Source of the DNA: Mobula hypostoma
Lineage: Eukaryota
Direction: 5' to 3'
Length of the DNA stretch: 64,000 nt
Assembly (NCBI RefSeq): GCF_963921235.1
Contig: NC_086107.1
Span: 116,686,001 to 116,750,000 of the forward strand
The notes below the pieces were generated by a model. That model worked only from the letters and a program-made list of their open reading frames with translations. It searched no databases and was not told the origin of the DNA. Numbering within the stretch: position 1 is the stretch's first letter; each line of letters opens with the position of its first letter. Made by a program: the position numbers and the translations under genes. This document shows, piece by piece, positions 24,335-37,111 of this stretch.

Positions 24335-26200
24335 TCATCACCCTCTCTCCTCCTCATCATCCCTCCTCCCAATCCTTCAGCCCCCTTTCCCCTCCTGACC
24401 CTCGCCCTCCAGTATCAAGGAGTAGGGTCAGCCTGAACCACTGAGGAGGGGTGAGATCTCCTGAGGCTTGAGGGCAGAGGAGTGGGCCTCCACTCTCCCT
24501 CTTCCGCTCTATCCTCTTCTCCCTCTCCCTCCCCTCTCTCCTGTCTCTGTCTTCCTCTCCCCCCACTACTCTCACTCCATTCCCCTCCTTCTCAACCCCT
24601 TCCCTTTCTCCTCTTCCCTCTCAACCCCTCCCTCACCGCAGACGTTTAAGAAGAGCAGGAGGGGCTGTCTCAGAATTCCCGCTGCCTCCAGAGGGTTTTA
24701 GGGAAGTGTGTGTGGAGAAGCTGATTGGGAGAGAGGGGGAAGACGTTGGGAAATCGGAGGGTAGCTGACACTGGAGATTGGAGGTGTTTATAGGTGGGGT
24801 TGCAGGATTCAGGAGAGCGGGTTAAGGGGAGAGGGGAGAGCAGGGTGGAAGGGGAAGTGAGAGGAAGGAGGAAGAACAGGGAGAGAAGTGGGAAGAGAGA
24901 GAGATGGGGAGGAACGGGGAGGAGAGAGTGGGAAGAAGGGATAGAGAGATGGATGATAGGTAGAAAAGATATAACCCCCCCGCCCGTGCACAGGTCAGAT
25001 ACACCACACTTACGTGTGTGCAAGTGCACACACACACACTCACGCACGCACATACACACACACTCTCTCACACACACTCACACATACACTCACACACACA
25101 CTCACACACTCACTCACACATGCACATACACACACATTCACCCTCTCTCACACACACTCACACTCTCACACTCACACACACACACTCACACTCACTCACG
25201 CACGCACATACACACACATTCACCCTCTCTCACACACACTCACACATACACACACTCTCACACACACTCACACACACTCACACTCTCACACTCACACACA
25301 TACACACACACTCTCTCTCACACACACACACACACTCACACTCACGCACACACACTCACGCACGCACATACACACACTCTCTCACACACACACTCACACA
25401 CATACGCACACTCTCACACACACTCACTCACACTCACACACACTCACACTCTCACACTCACACACACATACACACACTCTCACCCTCTCTCACACACACT
25501 CACACTCACGCACACACTCACACACACACTCACACACGCACACACACACACACACACCAGATGGAGTGGGAGGGTGAATGTTGGGGTCTGTCACTGGTCT
25601 TGTTGCCTCCCCCACCCCACACCATGTGTATTTATTTTCTGCCCCATTTCTCTGCACTTTGGGGGCCAATGTTGCTGTAAATATTTTGTCCTATTTATTG
25701 ATTATTTATTACCTGTGGGGTTGGGCGTAGGTCGGGTGCTGGGACCTCAGACTCTGTCAGTGTACCTTCACACCCCACAGTCCCTCCCTCACAGAGTGAT
25801 GGGGTAGTGGGAGCGGATAAGAATTGGATTCAGAATATTGGATATCTCCTCTTATATCACTTCCCTCTCTCCCCGACTCTGTACTGAACTGGACCAGTGT
25901 GGAGGGATGGGCTCGTATAGGTGGGTAGGGGAGTGGAGAGGGTCTTGAATACACTTCACCCTCCTCCACAGAGTGAGCCACATCCCTGGGTCGCCACCCT
26001 CCCCGCCCACAGCCTCCTCTGTGCTGGGGAGAGGATGAGGGGAATGTCCCAGTGTGTGGAGAGGAGAATGCCCTGGTGAGGGGAGAGGGAAAGGGGAGTG
26101 TCCTGGGGGTTGGAATGGTGTGGGACTGTGTGAAATATTGTACACAGGTTGTTTAAAAACTGCTGTAAAGTTCTTGTATCTATAAAAACCTTCAACTCTC
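24335..26200 (+). other. TLCD3B: Putative TLCD3B 3' UTR; end uncertain
   Basis: Follows the stop codon; AU-rich blocks at ~25625-25712 and ~26130-26190. I saw only a variant poly(A) signal, TATAAA at 26181-26186. Confidence 0.3.
25026..25557. repeat. Compound (CA)n/(CT)n microsatellite
   Basis: Direct inspection. Confidence 0.95.
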
Positions 26201-26269
26201 CCACCGATTTCCTTGTTCTCTGTCCGACTGGCTGTCAAGATGTTGTCTCACTATCGTCTCCTCCATTCC

Positions 26270-29050
26270 CCCACCTCTTCCTCCATCCATTTATTTCCCC
26301 CATCTCTCCCTGTCCATCTCCTCCACCTCTCCATCCATCTCCCCACCTCTTTCTCCATCCATCTCCCCCACCTCTCAATCCATCTCCCCACCTATCCCGC
26401 CATCCATCTCCCCCACCTCTCTCTTCACCCATCCATCTCCCTCCATCCATCCATCTCCCCATCTCTCTCTCCATCCATCTCCCCCACCTCTCCATCCATC
26501 TCCCCACCTATCCCGCCATCCATCTCCCCCACCTCTCTCTCTCCATCCAATCATCTCCACCATCTCTCTCTCCATCCATTTCCCCAGCTCTTCCTCCATC
26601 CATCTCCCCCACCTCTCCATCCATCTCCCCACCTCTCTCTCCACCCATCCATCTCCCTCCATCCATCCATCTCCCCATCTCCCCATCTCTCTCTCCATCC
26701 ATCTCCCCCACCTCTCCATCCATCTCCCCACCTATCCCGCCATCCATCTCCCCCACCTCTCTCTTCACCCATCCATCTCCCTCCATCCATCCATCTCCCC
26801 ATCTCTCTCTCCATCCATCTCCCCACCTCTCTCTCCATCCAATCATCTCCACCATCTCTCTCTCCATCCATCTATTTCCCCATCTCTTCCTCCATCCATC
26901 TCCCCCGCCTCTCCATCCATCTCCCCCACCTCTCTCTCCACCCATCCATCTCCCTCCATCCATCCATCTCCCCATCTCTCCCACCCTCCATCCATCTCCC
27001 CCGCCTCTCCATCCATCCATCTCCCCATCTCCCCATCTCTCCGTCCATCCATCTCCCCCGCCTCTCCATCCATCTCCCCACCTCTCCCTCCACCCATCTC
27101 CCCACCTCTCCCTCCACCCATCTCCCTCATCTCTCCCTCCATCCATCCATCCACTCTATTTCTCCATCCCTGATTCATTTGACTCTTTCTGATTCTTTGT
27201 GACATCTTCCTGTGCCTTGCTGGCTTTCTACCCCAAGCTTCCCATCTTTTTCCATATGTCCTTTGCCTAACTCTCCCCTTCACCGCCTCTCTTCCTTCCC
27301 CTCTCCCTTTCTCTTCCCCCTCTCCCCTTTCCTTCTCCTTCCTCTCTCCCTCCCCTACCCCTTCTCTCCCTCTTCCCTTTCCCTTTGCCCTCTCTCCCTA
27401 GAACATATCTCCCTCACCCCTTTCTCCCATTCCTTCCCTCACCCTCACTCTCTCCCCTTCTGCCCCTCTCTGCCTTCCCCTCTCCCCCTTATTTCCTTTC
27501 CTTGCTTTATTAACCCTGATAAGTGTGAAGTGGTTCATTTTGGTAGGTCAAATATGATGACAGAATACAGTATTAATGGTAAGACTCTTGGCAATGTGGA
27601 GGATCAGAGGGATCTTGGGGTCCGAGTCCATAGGACACTCAAAGCAGCTGCGCAGGTTGACTCTGTGGTTAAGAAGGCATACGGTGCATTGGCCTTCATC
27701 AACCGTGGGATTGAGTTTAAGAGCCGAGAGGTAATGTTACAGCTATATAGGACCCCGGTCAGACCCCACTTGGAGTACTGTGCTCACTCTATCCCTCCCT
27801 CATTCCTCTCTCCCCCTCACTCCTCTCTCCCTCCCTCACTCCTCTGTCCCCTCACTCCTTTCTCCTCCCTCATCCCTCTCTCCCTCACTCCTCTCCCCTC
27901 TCACTCCTCTCCCCTCTCACTCCTCTCCCCTCTCACTCCCCTCTCCCCGTCACTCCTCTCTCCCTCCCTCACTCCTCTCTCCCTCCCTCACTCCTCTCTC
28001 CACCCTCACTCCTCTCTCCACCCTCACTCCTCTCTCCTCCCTCACTCTATCCCTCCCTCATTCCTCTCTCCCCCTCACTCCTCTCTGCCCCCTCACTCCT
28101 TTCTCCCTCCCTCACTCCTCTCTCCCTCCCTCATTCCTCTCTCCCCCTCACTCCTCTCTCTCCCCCTCACTCCTCTCTCCACCCTCACTCCTCTCTCCTC
28201 CCTCACTCCTCTCTCCCTCCCTCACTCCTCTCTCCCCCTCTCCTCTCTCCCTCCCTCACTCCTCTCTCCCCCTCACTCCTCTCTCCCCCCACTCCTCTCT
28301 CCCTCCCTCATTCCTCTCTCCCCTTCTCTCTCCCCACTCACTCCTCCCCCTCACTCCTCTCTCCCCCCTCGCTCCTCTCTCCCCCACTCACTCCTCTCTC
28401 CCCCTCACTCCTCTCTCCCCCTCACTCCTCTCTCCCCCTCACTCCACTCTCCCCTTCACTCCACTCTCCCCTTCACTCCTCTTTCCCTCCCTCACTCCTC
28501 TCTCCTCCTCACTCCTCTCTCTCCCCTCACTCTTCTCTCCCCCACTCACTCCTCTCCCCCTCACTCCTCTCCCCCTCACTCCTCTCTCCTCCTCATTCCT
28601 CTCTCCCCCACTCACTCCTCTCTCCCCCCTCACTCCTCTCTCCCCCTCACTCCTCTCTCCCCCCTCACTCCTCTCTCCTCCTCATTCCTCTCTCCCCCAC
28701 TCACTCCTCTCTCCCCCCTCACTCCTCTCTCCCCCTCACTCCTCTCTCCCCCCTCACTCCACTCTCCCCTTCACTCCTCTCTCCCTCCTTCACTCCTCTC
28801 TCCCCTCAATCCTCTCTCCCTCCTCACTCCTCTCTCCCTCCTCTCTCCCTCCCTTCCCTCTCTCCCTTTTCCCCTTGACATTTCTTCTCTCTGTCTTCCC
28901 CTTTTCCTACCCCCTCTCCATCCTTCTTCCTTTCTGATTTCCCTAGCCCCCTCCTCCTCTCATGCTCTGTCCCTCCTTCCTCCTCCTGCTCTCTTTCCTC
29001 ACTCTCCCTCCACACTCACCCTTCCCTCTCCCCTGCTCACCCTACTGTCC
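26270..29050. repeat. Pyrimidine-rich arrays (CCAT/CT-based 26270-27170; CTCACTCCTCT-based 27790-28830)
   Basis: Direct inspection; interrupted by a CR1 piece at 27505-27787. Confidence 0.92.
27505..27787 (+). mobile_element. CR1 internal fragment
   Basis: NPDKCEVVHFG...DLGVRVHRTLK...RPHLEYCA; very similar to 53740-54010. Confidence 0.85.
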
Positions 29051-29449
29051 TTCCCCGCTCATCCCACGCCCCACAGAGGGAGAGGGAGGAGGATGGAGGA
29101 AGAGGGAGAGGAGAGACAGTGTGGTGAGGATGGAGGGAGAGCGTTGGGGAAGGGGAGAGGGAGATGTAAGGACTGAGAGAGAGAGAAGGGAGGGGGTGGG
29201 GGAGGGGTGTTGAGGATGGAGGGGGAGTTGAGGATAGCGATGTTGAGAGGTAGTGATATTGAAGTGCCATGAGGAGACCATGTTGGTGAAGAATGCATGC
29301 TGTACTCCCAATGATTGCATTGAACTGAAGCACTCACTCCACAGGAGATATTGGGTTGCTGCTGCCCCCTGCTACCCTCTCGTCCACAGGTCCTGTCCCC
29401 TTTTCCATCCTATCGACTGTTCTGAACACATATTCCATGTGTCAGCTAA

Positions 29450-30020
29450 CCAGGGTTTTAAAGGGCTGCAACATTACCTAGCAGTTCTTGGACTTGATCT
29501 CCTGTCTAATGAAGAACCACACACCATACACCTTCTCAACTTGGGCTTCAGCTTTGAGGGATCAAAGGATGTGGCTCCAAAGATCTTTCTGTTCCTCTAC
29601 ACTACAGAATCTCACCAGTAACACCGTATTCTTCCTTCAAATTCGACCTTCCAAAGTGAATCACTTCACACTTCTCTGGATAGGAGTTAAATAAATGACA
29701 ACTGGCTCTGAGAAACACTACCAGACACAGCCCTTGACATCATGGTCTGCTTCCCAAAGTTAAGCCAGTTCTGAATGCACTGCACGAGAATTTCGCCAGG
29801 AACAGCGTTATATGTAACTGGTGGGATGAGGGGATTTGCAGTTGAAAGTGCAGAGATGTGGTGTGCGGCAAGGTTCATCCAGGAGAATAGAAAAGGAAGA
29901 TGTTTCACGGGAGACCCTCAGTGGTGGAGAGCCAATCATCTTGGCCATTGCAAGAGCTCACCGGCAGGAAGATTTTCAAGGACTTCTCCAAAACACCAGG
30001 GCCAGAATCAGACAGCATGA
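29450..30020 (-). mobile_element. Highly degraded CR1
   Basis: Reverse complement gives IQNWL...VSGSVSQ and CR1 3' pieces. Confidence 0.5.
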
Positions 30021-30299
30021 TCAACAGGTCAGAAGTGATCCGAGTCAGACAGCAGGGAAATAGCCCCTTCAGCCAACCCAAATCCCCATCTCAGTAAATT
30101 CCATCTGCCTGCGTTTGGCCAACATCCCTCTAAACCTTTCCTATTCCCATACCTGTCTGAGTGTCTCTTAATTGTTGTTTCAAAAGTGGCCCTCAACCAC
30201 TTCCTCTGGCAGCTTGATCCATACAGGAACCGTCCTCTGGGCGAACAAGGTGGCCCTTGTGTCCGTATTAAATCTCTCCACTCTCATCTTAAAACCTCT

Positions 30300-31870
30300 C
30301 ACCTGTGTGAAATTACCCTTACTAGGGAGAAGGTTCTTGGGAAATTGATAGGTCTGAAGGTGGATAAGTCACCTGGACCAGATGGTGTACACTCCAGGGT
30401 TCTGAAAGAGGTGACTGAAGAGATTGTGAAAGCATCAGTAAAGAATCATTAGATTCTGGAATGGTTCCGGAAGACTGGAAAATTGCTGATGTCACCCCAA
30501 TCTTCAAGAAAGGAGAGAAGCAGAAGAAAGGAAATTATAGGCCAGTTAGGATATTGGAATCGATTGTTTAGGATGTGGTTTCAGGGTGTTTGGAGGCACA
30601 TGATAAAATAGGGCGTAGTCAGCATGGCTTCCTCAAGAGAAAATCTTGCTTGGCAAATCTGTTAGAATTCTTTGAAGAAATAACAAGCAGGATAGACAAT
30701 GGAGGATTAATTGATGTGTGTACTTGGATTTTCAGAAGGCCTTTGACAAGGTGCCACACATGAGGCAGCTTAACAAGCTGTGAGCCCATGGTATTACAGA
30801 AAGATTCTAGCGTGGATAATGCAGTGGCTGATTGGCAGGAGGCAAAGAGCGAAAATAAAGGGAACCTTTTCTGGTTGGCTGCTGGTGACTAGTGGTGTAC
30901 AGGTGTCCTTTTACATTATATGTCAATGATTTTGGTGATGGAATTGATGGCTTTGTTGTAAAATTTGCAGATGATACGAAGATAGTGGAAGGGAAGGTAG
31001 TTTTGAGGAAGTTAGTTTTGAGAGACTACAGTAGTACTCAGATTAGGAGAATAGGCAAAGAAGTGGCAGGTGGAATACAGTGTTGTGAAGAGTATGGACA
31101 TACACTTTGGTAGAAGAAATAAAAGGGTTGACTATTTGTTAAAACAAAAGAAAATACAAAAATTGGGGTGCAAAGGGATTTGGGAGTGCTTGTGCAGGAT
31201 TCCCCAAAGGTTAATTTGCAGGTTGAGTCTGTGGTGAGGAAGGCAAATGCAATGTTGGCATTTATTTCAAGAGGACTGGAATATACAAGCAAGGGTGTAA
31301 TGTTGAGATTTTGTAAAGCACTGATGAGGCCTCCTTTGTAATATAGTAAGCAGTTTTGAGTCTTTGTCTAAGAAAGGAGGTGCTGAAAATGGAGAGCGTT
31401 CAAAGGAAGTTCACTAAAGTGATTCCTTGATTAAATGGCTTGTAATATGAAGAGTGTTTGATGGCTCTGGGCCTGTATTCACTGAAATTCAGAAGAATGA
31501 TGGGTGATCTAATTGAAACCTACTGAATGATGAAAGGCATTGATAGACTGGATGCGGAGAGGATGCTTCCTATGGTGGGAGAGTCTAAGATCAGAGGACA
31601 CAGCCCCAGAATAGAGGGGTGAGAACAGAGATGTGGAGCAATTTCTTGGTAAATCTGTTGAATTTGTTGCCACAGGCAGCTGTGGAGGCCAAGTCTTTAT
31701 GTATATTTGAGACAGAGGTTGATAGATTCTTGGTTGCTCAGTGCAGGAAGGGATATGGGGTGGAAGGCAGGAGATTGGGGCTGAGAGGGAAAGTGGATCA
31801 GCGTAATGATATGCCGAACAGACTCAATGGGCCAATTTGGCCTAATTCTGCTCCTATATCTTATGGTATC
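30300..31870 (+). mobile_element. CR1 LINE fragment
   Basis: KSPGPDGVH, SQHGF, KFADDTK; tcttatgg tail. Confidence 0.85.
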
Positions 31871-31939
31871 TGGTCTTAAACCTATCCATCTGTTTCTTGA
31901 TTCCTCAACCCTAGGGATGAAAAATCTAGAGACCTAGCA

Positions 31940-34900
31940 TACACAGTGTGTGTCCAACCCTTATACACCGAGGTCACCCTAATCCTCTAGACTCCCCACC
32001 GTTCAGTGTGCCTCCTACCCTTGTACTCCGAGGTCTCTCTGTCCTTTGTCATCCCAACCATTCACAGTGAGTGACCTTGTACACCAAGATCTTCCGCCCC
32101 TTGACACTCCCCACTGTTCATGGTGTGGATCCTTCCCTTGTACACTGAGTTCCCTCTTTCCGTCAACATTCTCGATCATTCACAAAATGAGTGTCCTACC
32201 ATATACTCTGAGGTCCCTCTGTCCCTCGACATCCCAACCGTTCACAGGAATGTCTTACACTTGTACATCAAAGTCTCTCTGTCCCTCGAAACTAACCACC
32301 ATCCACAGTATGTGTCGTACCTTTTACACCGAGGACCCTCTGTCCAACGACACTTTCCACCATTCAGTGTGTGACCTACAGTTGTGCCCTCTGTCCCTTG
32401 ACACTCAACCAGTCACAGAGTATGTCCTATCTATAAACATGGAGGTCTTTCTGTCTCTCGACACTGCCCACCAATCACTGTGGCTGTCTAACCCTCGTAC
32501 ACCGAGGTCCCTCTGTCCCTCAACACTCCCCATTATTCTGTGTGAGTGTCCTACCTTTTTACACTGAGGTCCTTCTGTCCCTCGACTCTCTCCATCTATC
32601 ACAGTGAGTGTCCTAACCTTGCACACTGATGTCTCCCTGCTCCCCAACTCTCCCCAGCATTCATGGTGTGTGTTGTACCCTTGTACACCGAGCTCCCTAT
32701 GGTCGACACTCTCCACCATTCACAGTGTGTCCCCTACCCTGGTACTCCAAGGTCCCTCTGTCCCTCAACACTCCTCAACATTGACAGTGTGTGTCCTACC
32801 CTTGTACACCGAGCTCCCCCTATTCTCTGACACCCCTCTCCAATCACGGTATGTGTCCTACCCTTGTACTCTGAGGTCCCTCTGTCCCTTGACTATCCCA
32901 ACCAGTGAAGGTGTGTGTCCTACCCTTGAACACAGAGGTCCCTCTTTTCCTTGACACTACCCATCATTCATGGTGTGTGTGTTCTACCCTTGTACACCAA
33001 GGTCCCTCTGTCCATCAACATTACCCACTATTCACTGTCTGTGTTCTACACTTGTACACCGAGCATCGTCTGCCTCTCGACACACTCCAAAATTCAGAGT
33101 GAGTGTCTACCCTGTGTACACTGAGCTCCCTCTGTCTCTTGGCACTCCCCACCATTCACAGTGAGTGTGTTCTACCCTTGTACACCAAGGTCCCTCTGTC
33201 CATCAACATGATACTTTATACTTTATTGTCACCAAACAATTGATACTAGAACGTACAATCATCACAGCGATATTTGATTCTGTGCTTCCCGCTCCCTGGA
33301 GTACAAATCAATAGTAAATATTAAAAATTTAAATTATAAATCATAAATAGAAAATAGAAAATGGAAAGTAAGGTAGTGCAAAAAAACCGAGAGGCAGGTC
33401 CAGATATTTGGAGGGTACAGCCCAGATCCGGGTCAGGATCCGGGTCATTACCTACTGTTCACTGTCTGTGTTCTACCTTTGTACACCAAGCATCGTCTGC
33501 CTCTCGACACACTCTAAAATTCAGAGTGAGTGTCTACCCTGTGTACACTGAGCTCCCTCTGTCTCTTGGCACTCCCCACCATTCACAGTGAGTGCCCTAC
33601 ACTTGTACACCAAAGCCTCTCTGTCTCTGGACAGTAACCACTGTCCACAGTATGTGTCGTACCTTTTACACCGAGGACCCTCTGTCCCTCAACGCTTTCC
33701 ACCATTCACAGTGTGTGTTCTACAATTGTACACTGAGGTCCCTCTGTCCCTCGACACAACCAACCAGTCATGGTGTGTACTGTACCCTTGTACACTGAGT
33801 TCCCTCAGTCCCTTGATACTCAACCATTCGCAGGGTGTGTCCTACCTATAAACATGGACGTCTCTCTGTCCCTCAACAGTCCCCACTATTCACTGTGGCT
33901 GTCTGACCCCCGTACACCGAGGTCTGTCTCCACCATTCACAGAGGGTGTCCCATGCTTGTACACCAGCTCTCTCTGTCCTTTGATGCTCCCACCATTCAG
34001 AGTGAGTGTCTCACCATGTACACTTTCTGTCCCTCGACACTCCCCACCATTCATAGTGTCCTACCCCTGTACGCTGAGCTCCCTCTATTCTCCAACATGC
34101 TCCACCATTCACAATTTGTGTCCTACCCTTTGACACCAAGGTCTCCCTGTCTCTTCTTACTCACCAGCAGTCATGGCATGTGTCCTGCCCTTGCACATCG
34201 AGGTCCCTCTGTCCCTCAACACAGTCCACCATTCACAGACTGTGTCCTACCCTTGTACACCAAGCTCCCTGTCTCCCTCGACACCCCACCATTCATGGTG
34301 TATGCCTTACCCTTGTACACTGAGGTCCCCCTGTTCTCTGACACCCCCCACCCCCATTCATGGTGCGTGTCATATCCTTGTACACCGAGCTCCCTACGTC
34401 GCTTGACACTCTGTGCCATTCAATGTGTGTGTCCTAACCTCGTTCACCAATGTCTTTCTGTCGCTCGAAACTCTCCACCGTTCACAGTGTGTGCCCTACC
34501 CTTGTACATCAAGGTCCCTCTGTCCATCGACTCTCCCCACCATTTATGGTGTATGTCCTACCCTCGTACACTGGGGTCACTCTGTCCCTCATCACTTTCC
34601 ACCATTCACAGTGAGTGTCCTACCTTTGCACACCGATGTCTCCCTGTCCCTCAACACTCCCCACCACTCAATGTGTGTGTTCTACCCTTGTTCACCGAGT
34701 TTTCTCTGTCCCTCGAAACTCTCCACCATTCACAGTGTGTGTCATACCCTGGTACTCTGAAGTCCCTCTGTCCCTTAACACTCCCCACCATTGATAGTGT
34801 TTGCCCTACCCTTGTACACTTAGGTTCTTCTGTCTCTTGACACTCCCCTCCCTTCACAGAGTGTGTCCTACCCTTGTACACCGAGGTCCCTCTATTCTCC

Positions 34901-35215
34901 ATCACTCTCCTCCATTCATGGTGTGTCCCCTACCCTTGTACACCGAGCCACCTATGTCCCTCAACGCTCCCCACCATTCAATGTGTGTGTCCTACCCCTG
35001 TGCACTGATGTCTCTTGCTCAACTCTCCCCACCGTTCACAGTGTGTGTCATACCCTGGTACTCCGAGGTCTCTCTGTCCCTCGAGTCTCCCAACCAGTCT
35101 TGGTGTGTTTCCTACCCTGGACATGGATACATGGAGGTCCCTCTGTCCCTCGACACTCCCCACTACTGACAGCGTGTGTCCTACCCTTGTACACCGATGT
35201 CCCTCTTCCTGTTGA
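31940..35215 (-). repeat. 62-bp minisatellite (about 50 diverged units), reverse complement of the 380-965 array
   Basis: Unit ccttgtacaccgaggtccctctgtccctcgacactccccaccattcacagtgtgtgtcctac. Confidence 0.92.
33209..33447 (-). mobile_element. Short AT-rich insertion, probable LINE 3' end, within the 62-bp array
   Basis: Splits ccatcaaca^ttacc (intact at 33012-33025); tactttatactttattg tail-like end. Confidence 0.55.
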
Positions 35216-35300
35216 CATGCTTTAATATAAACTAGCTAATAAAGTACTTGCAACCCCAGAAATTGTCAGAGATTCCTTTCTCAGAGTTGTGTCTCGATGC

Positions 35301-36209
35301 TCACACTGGGTACAGACTGGGGGGTGAGGTAGAGGGAGCGTGTGTGTCTGATACCTGTCCTGGGAGCTCTCTATACTCACACTGGGTACAGACTGGGGGG
35401 TGAGGTAGAGGGAGTGTGTGTGTCTGATACCTGTCCTGGGGGCTCTCTATGTCCACACTGGGTACAGACTGGGGGGTGAGGTAGAGGGTGTGTGTCTGTC
35501 TGATATCTGGCCCGGGAGCTCTCTATACTCACACTGGGTACAGACTTGGGGGTGAGGTAGAGGGAGCCGTGTGTGTCTGATATCTGGCCCGGGAGCTCTC
35601 TATACTCACACTGGATACAGACTGGGGGGTGGGAGAGGGAGCGTGTGTGTCTGATACCTGTCCTGGGGGCACTCTATGTCCACACTCGGTACAGACTGGG
35701 GGGTGAGGTAGAGGGAGTCGTGTGTCTGATACCTGTCCTGGGGGCTCTCTATGTCCACACTGGGTACAGACTGGGGGGTGAGGTAGAGGGTGTGTGTGTG
35801 TCTGATACCTGTCCCGGGGGCTCTCGATGTCCACACTGGGTACAGACTGGGGGGTGAGGTAGAGGGTGTGTGTGTGTCTGATACCTGTCCCGGGGGCTCT
35901 CTATACTCACACTGGGTACAGACTGGGGGGTGAGGTAGAGGGTGTGTGTGTGTCTGATACCTGTCCCGGGGGCTCTCGATGTCCACACTGGGTACATACT
36001 GGGGGGTGAGGTAGAGGGAGTGTGTGTGTCTGATACCTGGCCCGGGGGCTCTCTATACTCACACTGGGTACAGACTGGGGGATGAGGTAGAGGGAGTGTG
36101 TGTGTCTGATACCTGTCCCGGGGGCTCTCTATACTCACACTGGGTACAGACTGGGGGGTGGGAGAGGGAGCGTGTGTGTCTGATACCTGTCCCGGGGGTT
36201 CTCTATGTC
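35301..36209. repeat. 76-bp minisatellite (about 12 units)
   Basis: cacactgggtacagactggggggtgaggtagaggg...ctgatacctgtcc recurs at 35302, 35378 and 35454. Confidence 0.93.
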
Positions 36210-36329
36210 CGTCCCATCCACCCCTGGGATCTTCCTCTGTAACTCCACCATCAAATGCTGCACAGCCATTTGCTGAGAAGAAGCGGGTGGGTGTTAGAGT
36301 TGTGATGTCACTGTGTGAGGGTGGGTGAA

Positions 36330-36351
36330 AGGTCATGGGTCACTGTGACCT
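36330..36351 (+). promoter_or_regulatory. Overlapping DR1 and consensus ERE-type palindrome upstream of the FIMP-like ATG
   Basis: AGGTCAtGGGTCActgTGACCT = AGGTCA-n-GGGTCA plus GGTCA-nnn-TGACC. Function untested. Confidence 0.35.
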
Positions 36352-36438
36352 CACCCTGGACACCTTTGTCAGGTCATCAGGAGTGGAGAGAATTCCATTC
36401 ATGTCCACCCCACCCACTCTGTTCAGTCCAGCCTAGGG

Positions 36439-36502
36439 ATGTGGGGTCGGGCTACTGTCTGTGGGATCTTTCTCTGCACAGTTGCGGTGGCTGCTCCTGA
36501 CG
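36439..36502 (+). CDS. FIMP/C16orf92-like gene, exon 1 (signal peptide)
   Basis: ATG at 36439 with G at -3; MWGRATVCGIFLCTVAVAAPD has a hydrophobic core and AxA-type cleavage region; phase-1 donor G|GTAGGT. Confidence 0.7.
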
Positions 36503-36767
36503 GTAGGTTCTCCCATCACCCCTGACCTCTGGTGCCCTGGGCTCACAGGTGGGGTCTGTGAGTGAACCCCTCCTCGTGACCTCTTTCCCTTAGTGACCTC
36601 CCGATCTGCCACTGAGGGTACTGTCTGTGACCTCGTGACCTCCCCCCAGGGGTCAATCTGTGACCTCCTGATCTGCCACCGGGAGATCAATCTGATCTGT
36701 GTGCATGGTGTGTGAGGTGTGGGATGGAGAGGGCACACTGCCCCCCCTTCCGCCTCCCCTGCTGCAG

Positions 36768-36848
36768 ACACCTTGGATGGGGTGATGAAGAAGGTTCTGC
36801 TGGGGTCTTTATGCACCTCAATTGCACTTCCTCACCTCTCTTACTGGG
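36768..36848 (+). other. Diverged duplicate of FIMP-like exon 3 inside intron 1 (possible cassette exon or pseudo-exon)
   Basis: ctgcAG acceptor, TLDGVMKKVLLGSLCTSIALPHLSYW, G|GTAAAT donor; 81 nt, phase 1-1. Upstream intronic flank also resembles 39150-39215. Confidence 0.55.
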
Positions 36849-37015
36849 GTAAATCTGTGACCTCCTGACTTGTCAACGGGGTAGGGGTCGTGGTCAATTT
36901 TGACCTCCTGGCCTCCCACCAGTGGCCATTCTATGACCACCTGACCTCCACCAGGGGTGAGTGTGTGACCTCCTGACCCAGGGTGACCCCTTGCCATCTC
37001 TCTGGGTCTGTGCAG

Positions 37016-37111
37016 GGTCCCGCCGACACTGGTGGGATTATGGCGACAACGACCGACGCCTCATCGAGCAGACGTATGGCTGGATCCACGAGAGCCCTGA
37101 CCTTCCCGCAA
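37016..37111 (+). CDS. FIMP/C16orf92-like gene, exon 2 (ectodomain, 96 nt, phase 1-1)
   Basis: ctgtgcAG acceptor and A|GTGAGT donor; CpG-rich unique sequence. Translates (G)SRRHWWDYGDNDRRLIEQTYGWIHESPDLPA. Confidence 0.8.

Noticed and set aside
24794..29176. Long ORFs (337, 347, 329, 654 and 385 aa) rich in H/T/P/S/L
   Set aside because: Translations of CA/CT simple repeats that lack stop codons; the only real motif is a CR1 patch.
32046..36336. Cys/His/Pro-rich ORFs resembling zinc-finger proteins
   Set aside because: Products of the 62-bp and 76-bp minisatellites.
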